From positions 48,050,001 through 48,114,000 of the forward strand of contig CAIIXF020000001.1 of NCBI GenBank assembly GCA_903813345.2: a stretch of 64,000 nt of DNA, read 5' to 3'. The notes beneath the pieces were generated by a model. It did no database searches. It worked only from the letters and a program-made list of their open reading frames with translations, and had not been told where the DNA came from. Below are positions 12,301 to 22,500 of the stretch, piece by piece. The position numbers and the translations under genes were made by a program. Source of the DNA: Owenia fusiformis. Lineage: Eukaryota. The first letter of the stretch is position 1. Each line of letters starts with the position of its first letter.

Positions 12301-14328
12301 TTATCAAAAACTTCAAAATACTAAAGTTTAATACAACAGGTACAACAGTACAACCATACTCCTGTTTGTGCAAATTCTAAAATCATTTTAAAGAATTTTT
12401 GTAATATTTTGTTTGATGTCCCATTTTCCCTAAATATAAGTTTGATAGCCTCCATTTGTATCGTGATAAAACTTGAATTGTTATAAAATGAATCCAACAT
12501 GTGTGAACATCTCTTGCAATTTCCTAAAATTAAAGTTTCTCACCTGTAGATGGCACTCTGAATTGATCTCAGGGGGTATTCCATTTTCTGTCCACACCCC
12601 CTCAGCAACCTCCATACTAAAATGCCACAAAATCCTATCAAGCACATAAGCTGGTCTTAGATGTGGTGAATTATGGACATTATATGCACACTCCGGATGC
12701 TCCTCAATCCAAGGGCTATTATTAGCTGTATGATTAAATACTAAATCTGTCAATGATAAAACACTCCAGCTTTCATCCATTTTAGAAACGAGTTTCTGTA
12801 CATCATCCCATTTAATAGATGTATTGTTTGCACCGTATCTACGATCAACTTCATGTTGATTGGCTAGACTGTACGCTGAGTCTGAATGTCCAAGCTGTTG
12901 CAGAGGTGTAAAATGAATCATGTTGTAACCTGTCTCCTTGGCTACTGCAAGTTTGGATTCCCATGTTTGAAAGGGGCCTAAGAGCTTCGTTAGCACAGTC
13001 TGGCATTGTATACAGTCCAAACTGACCTGTTCTTTTTCAGGGCCACTAGTGAGCTGGGGATCAACAAGGAAATAGCCACAGCCATCAGCATACTCAACAT
13101 CAGGGCTGCAATAGCAAAGAATACACATGCATGTACACTGAAATAGAGAATTTATTGGAAAGTGCTCAACAAAGCACTGCATCAAAGCCTTGAGCAAAGT
13201 ATAAACAGCCAAATAGCCTTTCTTGAGCATCTTGAGCATGCCCCTTATTTTCGAAATTGAACCACTGATGACTCTCTCTTATAAGTTGAAATTAAAAGGA
13301 ATCGAAGAGGCAAACAGTTTTCAGATTCCATACTAAGCAGAGAGGGTACAACATAAACGTGCAAAATGTCACCACCTGCCATTTGTCACATACGCTGAAC
13401 ACCAACCACCAATCGCTGACTGCCAAACACCATCCACAAGTTTGAGACTACAAGAATTATGTCACAACATCTGATGGTGAAATGTACAAACCTGCCATTT
13501 ATTGTGAAGTAATAATTGAATGATCCCGCAACAACAACATCAATTTCTGCAAAACTGTCAGACCTATCAGCCTTTGTCTTACTGTGACTTTGCCAAGGTA
13601 TTTCTCTGTATTGGTTGCGCAGAAATGTTGAGCTTGCATTTTGGGGATGGTTGCTAAAGACGTGGACATCTTCTGCCTGCAGGGAAGGGCCAAGAACAAA
13701 GTGTAATTTCCACCCTGAAATAAAAAAATGTGTGTTGATACTTATTGTATTTCATACAAGTATTAATTCATCTTGCAACTGTGGTAGTAATAAAATAAGA
13801 ATAAGAAAAATATCTTTATATCTAACATACATAATTTCAAATGCCTATATAATTTATAAGGAGAAAATAAGGATTTACCAGTTTCACCACTAGGTGGCTA
13901 TTTCGGGAAAATAACATGACAGAGTATTACAAAGTTCTCTTAAACTTGAATATTCATCAGCTTTCTTTAGTGGTTCACTTTTCATATTACCCTTATGTAT
14001 CTGACTCACTTTTTGTGATTTTACAACATGGGGTCCGTGGGGAATCTCCCCGACCTAGAAGCCATATAGAAACTTCAATTTTCAAAGTTAATAAACTCTT
14101 TTCAAAACCACAATTCTAGGTGTAATTTTACATGTAGACTCCGAATATGACATCAGTTTGATTGAATTATCAATGATGTAAATCAAGATTATTTCTCCTC
14201 ACATCTAGTCTATTATATTATAGCAAAGATAACACAATCATAAAAATCATACCTTTTTGCAGTCTGAAGAGGACCGTCTCTTTGTTCTCTCCCTTGTTGA
14301 GAGTAAGCAGTCTCACCTGGGCAGACAT
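378..14328 (-). CDS. AGL: Glycogen debranching enzyme (amylo-1,6-glucosidase/4-alpha-glucanotransferase), multi-exon, 3' end lies beyond the window start
   Basis: Coding exons (minus): 14253-14328 ([25 protein letters not shown]), 13492-13714, 12544-13105, 12022-12127, 11453-11594, 10810-11022, 10251-10593, 9936-10059, 9462-9625, 8980-9081, 8451-8603, 8100-8250, 7748-7973, 7224-7537, 6163-6287, 5638-5771, 3128-3261, 1717-1898, 1258-1360, 898-1021, 378-479, all GT-AG. Diagnostic motifs: [91 protein letters not shown]. Confidence 0.97.
682..815 (+). repeat. Short dispersed repeat family (also ~13366-13466, ~44472-44525, and ~51627-52197 interrupted)
   Basis: Shared tcacca[t/c]ctgccatttgt..accaac..gagacta.aa..atgtcac. 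Confidence 0.75.
1960..2760 (+). mobile_element. 5'-truncated RLE-type non-LTR retrotransposon (HERO-like): C-terminal restriction-like endonuclease plus 3' UTR
   Basis: ORF to 2446 reads [72 protein letters not shown], the RLE tail of R2-group elements. No RT domain is present. Flanked by direct repeats at 1922-1959 and 2761-2798. Confidence 0.85.
3995..4290 (+). repeat. Perfect 148-bp tandem duplication (2 copies) ending at the sulfotransferase start codon
   Basis: 3995-4142 is identical to 4143-4290; both copies end ...caagtaagccAT(G). Confidence 0.95.
4289..5359 (+). CDS. Intronless type II membrane (Golgi) sulfotransferase, heparan sulfate 3-O-sulfotransferase-like, nested antisense in an AGL intron
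   Basis: 356-aa uninterrupted ORF in gccATG context. N-terminal TM anchor ([12 protein letters not shown]), 5'-PSB loop [12 protein letters not shown], 3'-PB motif [18 protein letters not shown]-terminal [13 protein letters not shown] and [19 protein letters not shown]. Lies in AGL intron 3262-5637. Confidence 0.88.
   Translation: MNFRKCTVFQTIALVLIFSFMFLNVQRYITELLSKKEIQKVYTKNAKRNTTNDLGVNEILEFYTRDSSITEIESRVQKERNEIEKQLSGMVKKRMADIILVGMFKAGTTTMSLWLTTHPQIIQLRIAGYYGPNKNYALGHVAHVAQIPNVSKDKIIYERCTVCFTSQAARERILAAYPQRDVKLLIMVRDPIERLISGYVQNVYQNYKVEIKESFEEYIFYPNGTIRTDTEYFQKSFYVRHLAKWLLLFPRGNIHLVDADTFTKKPWVELEKIEQLLKINHLFSEDRFPANPENPLFRCLAKEYTKGMYCMGHAKGRTHPDVSTETMQKLKRYFKPYNEQFFTLAGQRFSWSSNYN
6368..7192. 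mobile_element. Non-autonomous DNA transposon, TAG..CTA termini, ~55-bp imperfect TIRs, 9-bp TSD (AcademH- or MULE-like)
   Basis: Left TAGCCTTGCCAAAGTCGGT.., right ..ACCGACTTGGACAAGGCTA. TSD atacaacac at 6359-6367 and 7193-7201. CpG-richer interior. Confidence 0.85.
7664..7768 (-). repeat. ~24-bp tandem repeat made of the AGL exon 3' end plus its splice donor
   Basis: Minus strand: GGCAGCGTTATTGCATTTAG|GTAAGGCAGTGTTATTGCTTTAG|GTAAGGCAGCGTTATTGCATTTGG|GTAATGTTGCTTTATTGTATTTAG|GTAAGGCAGTGTT. Confidence 0.85.
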
Positions 14329-15488
14329 ACCTGCAATAACAGGAATGCACATGTACATGTATATAATTCAAGCCCATAGCCAGGATTTGCCAAGGGGGTT
14401 CACTTTTTGAAAAATTCCAGGAGAGGTTCACTTGTGATAATTTTGGTCCAAAAATGGCCAAAATCCCTTTACAATCACTTTTCTTCAAGGTACATGTATC
14501 GTCCCCTGTTTCTCTATTATAGTACTTGTATCTTTTCATTGTATTTAGTCATTGGTATGACATCACAGTAAAACATTTCATGATTTTCATCAATTTCGAA
14601 AAAGAAATATTCGTGAAAACGCTTTGCAGTTTGTCATAAAGATATACTTTTAGCGATAGTGCAAATATACTTGAAGAAGAATGTCAAATAAAGCTGAAAT
14701 GATGTGTTCAGAATCTAACCCTAAATTTTTTTGGACTTAACATGAATTGACAAAATTGTCGTCAGTAAAACATCAGATAATAGAAGTTCATCTTAAAGCG
14801 AAGATAGGGTCTTGGTACAATAGGATAGGATAATGAAGGGAATTTGGGACTTAACTCTTTGTGTCAAATACAAGTTCCTATTGACTCACTTAATTATATT
14901 GTATAATCTTTACTTTATTAGTTTGACCACCTATCAGTTTTCTTTCTGATTATAAATTGATTAATATCTAACTTGATTGCAATCAACAGCTTATTACTAG
15001 TACTAGACTGTAGAATTAATGAAATTATTTTTAAAAACCACCTGTGCTTTTGAGTATGTTGCATTACTTTGATTTCCCAACTATCTTTTGCAGATCAAAC
15101 ATTAACACAAGCCCTTTCTACAAGCAGATTGAAATAAAGAATTCTGGAAGGAAGTTTAATCTTCTATACTTTGTGCAAATATTGATTGCCAGCAATGTGA
15201 TTAACATGTTAATAACATGTTATGTCAGAGGTTTTATCTAGATCTGTGATCTATGTTTAATTAATGTGTTCCAACAACAACATTACAGCATAGCAATTCT
15301 TCTAAAACCTGATGATTGATGATAAACTGCATTAATAGACTGACTAGTGCTAAAATCTTGATGTATTGTTTGTGTATTGTAACCGCTAGTATCCATACTC
15401 CGAACTATATTCTACATACAGTGGGGGACATAAAAAATAACAAAAGCTATGGAAATGACATGCTGTCGCACATGTAATAAATTCTTAC

Positions 15489-15660
15489 CTCAGTGTATTC
15501 AGTGCTCTATTTTCTCCGCCCAAGTAAGTCCAGATATAGTGGAATTTGTGTCCATAATAACAAATAAGAACTTAAAATTTGAAGTGGAATTCACATGTTA
15601 ATGCCGACTCTTCAAATGTTGAGGTGATTTTGGAGCCCGATTGCGCTGCAATGTGGATTA
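15489..15660 (-). other. AGL: Probable non-coding first exon of AGL
   Basis: Strong donor GAG|GTAAGAAT at 15489/15488. The next exon (from 14330) has only 2 nt before the ATG, so an upstream UTR exon is required. The 5' end is approximate. Confidence 0.55.
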
Positions 15661-15661
15661 G

Positions 15662-15790
15662 CTCCCAGAATGCAACACGACACGTGTCAGCTTTCAAAAT
15701 GCTGTTCTGCCATTTTGAAATCTGTCAGGAGTAAATAAGGTTACCTGATGTTGCATTCTGGGAGTCAATTCTCCTTGGATCACAAACATG
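15662..15790. promoter_or_regulatory. Bidirectional AGL/CCDC130 promoter with inverted Staf/ZNF143-like sites, E-box and YY1-like motifs
   Basis: CTCCCAGAATGCAACA 15662-15677 and its exact reverse complement 15749-15764; CACGTG 15681-15686; GCCATTTTG ~15709-15717; AACATGGCG ~15785. Lies between divergent donors at 15488 (minus) and 15845 (plus). Confidence 0.65.
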
Positions 15791-15876
15791 GCGATTCATG
15801 AAAACATTTGTTCGATTTGGTAGGGATTTATCCATCATTTGCAGGTATGAAGCTTTGGATTCATTTATTGTGCTAC

Positions 15877-15911
15877 CTGAGACTAACATTATAATTTTAT
15901 GTTAGTCTCAG
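15877..15911. mobile_element. 35-bp hairpin insertion with 7-bp TSD
   Basis: CTGAGACTAACAT-9 nt-ATGTTAGTCTCAG, flanked by gtgctac at 15870-15876 and 15912-15918. Confidence 0.7.
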
Positions 15912-16591
15912 GTGCTACTAAAGTGAATGGGAATTATTTTTCTACCGCTTGGGAGAGTTTGAGACACCAAACTTAGAATTTAGCTCATTGTGACAACTTT
16001 TAAGGGTTGAGATTTATTTTTGTCCCCCACTTTACATGTACCTCAGGCTCAGGTGGGTTGGAGCCCATGAATGATCTCACTCACTCTCTGACAAAAAAAA
16101 GTTCTCCCATTACCCTCAGCTCATAAGTCTTGAAATCTATCAAATCTGCCTAACAAACAATTAATCAGTGCTTCTTATAATTCATCAAAACACGTACAAA
16201 ACCTCGAATTTGGACAAAATGTACAACTTACTGAATTTTAGCAGAATGTCCTTGCTAGGTGACCTTCCAATACAAAGTTAGCGTAGGTTTTCGGAGAATA
16301 AATTCGAATGAAAAATATACTTAAATATTGACAACAATTTAAAAATTTGTATTGAAATAGTATTTATTATAAAACACATGTAATTGTTTTTACTTCGAAA
16401 TGATTAAACATCATAAATTAATATCTCTCGTAAGATTTTTTTATTTGAATTTGATTACGAAAAAATGTTAAAGAATAAAATACATAGCTCAGACGATTAT
16501 TTTGAAAATAAATATTTCAGCAAGTGCATTTGTCGTATTTCACTGATTTTACATAGATCTACGCTAATATTTAAGAGCGGCTGTATAAGAA

Positions 16592-19500
16592 ATGGTAAGA
16601 ATATGTATTGATAATGAGTTCTGCTCTATCACTATGGTAAATAATCTTACTGCCTTGTACTAGATCTATAGGCAAAGTAGTCTAACCAGACATCTTTTTC
16701 AACTTTTTAGATTTTAGCCTTTAGGAAGTTAGCCTAGAGCCCGGGGGGTTCACTGTATATAAAACTCGACGGGGGTCCTAGGCTGAAGCCTCAAATATCA
16801 ATATGTTCCCATACCAATCTGTCAAATTTCAATATGTTCCCATACCAACCAAAATAACGCCCAAAGGCCATACCAAATGTCCAAATATAGGACCAATGCC
16901 ATACCAAATGCCCAATTATGGGACCAATGCCATACCAAATGTCAAAATGTAGGACCAATGCCATACCAAATGTCCAAATATGGGACCAAATGCCATACCT
17001 TAATTCAAAGTAAATGAAATATAGGATCAATGTCATACAAATTTGCAACTACTGGACCAATGCCATACCACGAATGTTAGGTAATGTATCTACAACGACC
17101 AATCTTATACCAGAAGAGCAAAATTCCGACCATTGCCATACCTCAGAAGTCAGAAATTTCCGGGCATTCCCAAACCAAATCCTAAAATATGGGTCCATTG
17201 CCATACCAAACGTTGAAAAAGGTACCCCACATGCCCCGAGGATCCCCGTCAAGGTTTATATATAGTGAACCCCCCGGGGCCTAGAGTCCATTTCACTGCT
17301 TCATTTCGTCAGTAGAACGGCAAAAATAAGAAATTGGGAGACCATTGTGCAATAATATATAGAAAAGTGTATTCATAATGTACATGAATGACATTTGTAT
17401 ATTTCAGATTCTTTAGTTTTTTGTGCAATAAGCCTGTGCCGTCTTGTAATTTGAAGAATTTCAGCCATGTTAATCTTATTGAGAATAACATGGCAGAGAA
17501 ACATCCAAATATAAGAGGCCACACACTTTATAAGCCAAACTAGAAGCAATCCAAGATATACAAATGTCATTCATGTACATTATGAATATACTTTTCCATT
17601 TATTATTGCACAATGGTCTCCCAATTTCTTATTTTTGCCGTTCTACTGACGAAATGAAGCAGTGAAATGGACTCTAGGTACTGTACATGATAACATGTAC
17701 AGTACTTCAGTACTATAGAGTCTCTTAAAGTAGATTTTGATAATGTATGGGACTCACTTACTTACTACGGGCCGTGAATTCGTTCAATCCCCAATCCAAT
17801 CCGGATAAATTTTATCTTTTGGGATTACTAATCCGATCTACTCTCTAACATTTTTCACTTTACTTTCACTTCACTGTTAACAGAAGTACCTGGATGTACC
17901 AGAGTACTGTTATTTATTTGTTGCAATCAGTATTCAGTTCACTTCTCTCGGACTTTTTCTAGAAGTAGCGAAGTTTACTCCTGTAGAATTGCTGATGCAT
18001 CGATGTACGATTATGGCACATCGCGACAACACTAAATACATGGACCTCTATCCCCTTCATCGGAACTTCTTCTGGTGTGTTTAAGTCACTTCCAGTTTAG
18101 TTTTGCAAAATCTGAAAGGATAAGCTGAACAAACATTGATATGATTGAGCATTTCCATGGGGTATTCTTTCAATAATAAATTACTAGCAAGTAGCAAGAT
18201 AAGTAGTTGAATCGAAGAAATAGGTGTAACAATTTGTATTTCATTTCAATGTATATAATATGGAAGTTATGGCATCAGAGTAATGTCTAAGCCATAGCGT
18301 CTGCCAAATTAAATAGCGGCCTATATTCAAAAATGGCAAAATCGCAAAAATTAAATAGCGGCAAATTAACCCAATCTACAGTATATCAAAAAACTACATT
18401 TTGTGGAAGTATAGGCATAAATGTTTTGTGGTAAGAACTAACGTCTTCATTTGACGTCACCATGGTCAAAAAAAGTATTTAACACTTTCAAGTATGTGAT
18501 GTGTTCATGATTGACAAAACAAAGCTGATACGGTTAAATCATGGGCTTTTTCTGAAAGCCTATGATGAGTTTATACTGGCACTGGCATCTTATTTTTTCA
18601 ATATCTCATTCAATGCTATTGACGCAAAACAACATATTGGATTACAGTGTAGGCGTAAAAACTACACTATATCTGGTGTCCCAAAAAATGAGTCAAGTAT
18701 TTTCTCGATAATTGATAGCCCTGATTTACTTAAAATTTGCACAAAGTAGCCCAAGAGTATCGTTAGCAAGGTACAAAAATACTTTTTGTGCCAAAAATGG
18801 GAAGTAATTTCTCAGCAACAGATGAAAACTTTACTTGAGTCACTTTAGGGTATCTTCTGTGCTATGAATATGTAGGAGATTGGCCTAATATTATGTGTGT
18901 ATTTTTGAATTAAAGACAGTATGACTAGCAAGAACAATATGCCTTGGTTCAGTTTTAAGCCAATGATTCACATGCAGTATTTTGCTCTGCTGAGAATGGG
19001 GTAAGCTGGGTGGGGAGAGAAGGTTTGGGGGAAAGCGATAAAGAACCTGTAACTATAGTACCATATTCTTCATCCAAGCCACCTAGACCAAGCCTTACAA
19101 TATACTACAGTAAAACCTGTCTAACTGAACACCTAGTGAACTCCTGTGTCTAAAGAACACCTCTTCTCAGCACATACTCCACTGACTTCTGTATAAGATC
19201 ATCTCCATAGTGAACACCTACCTATAATGAACACATCTTTGTGGCTCCATAGGTGATCACTGTACACTGGTTTTACTGTATACACATTTATATTTAGTAC
19301 AGTATGTTAGTACATGTATCTTACAAAATGTAGGTTCCAGACACATAATTATATCTTCACTTATCGATAATCCAGGCACAGTACTAGATAGGCTATTCAG
19401 AATTGAAGTCTTATAGACTATGACTATTATGTGTAATATAAGACAGCGAAATAATTAATTTTTTGTCTTGTTCAGTATGAACAGGATTGTATGAAACAAT

Positions 19501-22500
19501 ATGATTTAATATATTGTATATTATATTTTAATGACTTCATACTGGTCAGAACTCAGAATGATAATCTTGTATGTTGTAATCATTATAGGGGGAGCGAAAA
19601 GGTCAAAACAAGTATTACCCACCTGACTTTGACCCTGCAAAACATCGATCACTAGATGCTTATCATGGCTCTCATCCTCTGCGGGAACGAGCGAGAAAAC
19701 TCAAGTCTCAGGGCATCCTCATCATCAGGTATGTATCAGCTTTTATATATGCAGCAGGCCCGTAGCCAGGGGGGGTTCGCAGGGTTCGGGCGAACCCCCC
19801 CTCCTGGCCAAAAATTCTTTCAAAATCATGCAGTTTTTGACCATTTTGAGCACTTCTCTAGTGATTTTAGCCTAATTTGGGCCAAAATTGTCAAATGTGA
19901 ACCCCCCCTGGAAATTTTTGAAAATTGAACCCCCCTTGGCAAATCCTGGCTACGGGCCTGTGCAGTAAAAGTACATGACTGTCTTCTAGTATAGAACCCT
20001 TTGATGCTATATTGTGATCAGTTGTGGGTGGTCGGGCAGGCAGACATCTCAATTAATCTTGTCTACAAAACTGTTTGAGGGATTAATCTGAAATTAAGAG
20101 GGACATTTGAAAGTTGACAACTGATTAGCTTTTGGGCTTTCTGGGTGGCTATTTTGTATTTTCTGTCCTTAAATCTTGTCTGTGGAGGCTTTTCTAATAG
20201 TTTCCAGGCAAACTTTTTCAGGGATTCATTTGAAATTTTCAGGGATGTTTCTACCTATAAAAGTTTAGAACTGGTTAGGTTTTCAGCATTCAGGGTAAAT
20301 GTTAAGGCGGCCATCCTGGATTTTCCATTCTAAAACCTTGACTGTTGAGGATATCCACAGGTTTCCAGCCAAACTGTTTCATGGATTCATCTGGAATTTT
20401 CAGGAATGTTTATACATATGAAATTCTAGATCTGATCAGTTTGGGGCATTCTGGGTAAATGTTAAGGCGATTATATTGGATTTTTGTCCACATTTGAAAA
20501 AATTCATTTTTCTAAATATGGAGTTAAATCTAAAATTGATAACGATCCAAAGATGAAAAGAACAATCTTTCGCTATTTTTATACTACTTTCATTATTAGA
20601 CCATGTGAACACATTACAAATCTTGTTCAAAAGACATGATAGAAATGACATTTAAAAATGAATATACACTTAGTATAAAAACCTTAAAAAGTTGAATTTG
20701 CACATTTCAAAACCCCTACAATCCATATATTTGTAATTTCAAGTGAAAGTTATTTTAACTGTGAAGGGGGCAATGTATCCCAGCTTGACCAGGTCAGATA
20801 TTTTTAGTAGTTCCCAACTGGGTCAGATATTTTATCTGCTTTATATTACCATGCCTATTTCTCAAGAAGTCAGTAGCCAGCCAGAGCAGAAGCAATGCCC
20901 TTATAAAGCAAATTTAGCAGTTTTTAGTGTTTAAGTTATTTGGCTACCCACCACACCACCCCCCCCCCCTGTTTAATGGTAATACAATATGTATGTAGGG
21001 GGGGGGGGGTGGTACATGTAATTGATTCAAGTTCACTGAATCAACCTGTAAATTGTTGTCATAGTAAAAGTAGTTAGTACAATACATTGCATAATGCCAA
21101 ATCTGTGTGTATTTGTGTTTGCAGATTTGAGATGCCGTATAACATTTGGTGTGGTGGCTGTAACTCACACATTGGGATGGGTGTTCGCTACAATGCAGAG
21201 AAATCCAAAGTTGGGAACTACTATTCAACTCCTATATACAAGTTTCGCATGAAATGTCATCTGTGCGACAACCACTTTGAGATCCAAACAGATCCTGCAG
21301 TAAGTTCTCATTTAAAGGTGCAAAAATTAGTGCACAGGGGCAATTCAACGGTCATGAACCAGTGTCAAAATATATTTAAGTTTGGATATATCATCAAGAC
21401 TTACATCTATTTTTATTATCTACAAAGAAACCCCCTAGATAAACATTATTTCAGGTTTTTATTGGTGGATCTTAAGAATATAAAAGTGGATTTCCCCTTT
21501 TTGAAGCTTTGAACTGAATTTACACTTCTTAATGCTGAACTTGATAGTTTATCCATATATTTAAAGAAAACAGGTATATCAAAGAAAATGTTAAGCCAAA
21601 TGTTGCCTTGATAGCTCAGAAAAAGTTACACTTTCCAATTTTCTCTCTACAGGCCTTTTTGCCCCTTTAAGAAAATATTTATTCAACTATGAGATAGGAA
21701 ATCCAGTCAAATTCTTGGGCTAAGAAGATTAACCTTGATCCACAATTGTTGAGTTGGGATTTGAAGCATTTGTTTAGCTTGACATTTTAAAGATGCATTT
21801 CAATTCAAGAACTTTTTAAAACAATTAATTTACTCGCATTTGTTAACTTTAATGTTTTTTCTGATGGTGTTCTCAATATAACTTCATGTCAAGAACAATT
21901 TTGATTTCATTTGATCAAAAACAAATTGTTTGTTTATTTATTTAGAGCTTGACAAGATTTTATGCATGTACAAGGGCTGTCAGGAGTTGTCTCAGGATTA
22001 TACTGATGAAATCTTAGCTTGAAGTTTAAATGCTCCTATTTTTGGAACAATTAGTTCTGGACTTCTTGGACAACCCTTGTATATGTGTATTGTTCGTAAA
22101 AGTACAAAATAACTGCTTATGAATGCTGAATGCTTTTAGAACTGTGAGTATGTGATACTTAGTGGCGCTAGGAGAAAAGAACAGAGATGGGACCCCGCAG
22201 AGAATGAGCAGATTGTCACAGAAGGTCAGCTCTTGCTGTAGCAAAATTAGTCATGACAACAATACGAGGCTTTTTACTTTTGAAGCACAAATGAGACTAA
22301 TTTTCCTTGTACAGGCTGATTTTCTAAAATGTTCTTACAGAAACTGTCATTGACCTAGAGTGTCTGTTTACCGTTCTTACTCGATACTCCTTGATATTTC
22401 TTTTTTGGAACAATTAACAGAAATAATTTCTCCAGCAAAATATGCTTGAAATCCATGAACGATTAAAAACTTATCACAAAAAAAGATTTGAACATTTTTC

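Noticed and set aside
16791..17265. ORFs with repeated W/H-rich motifs and a CRISPR-like periodic look
   Set aside because: Translations of the ~29-bp tandem repeat inside a MITE; no unique spacers, no cas genes, eukaryotic context.
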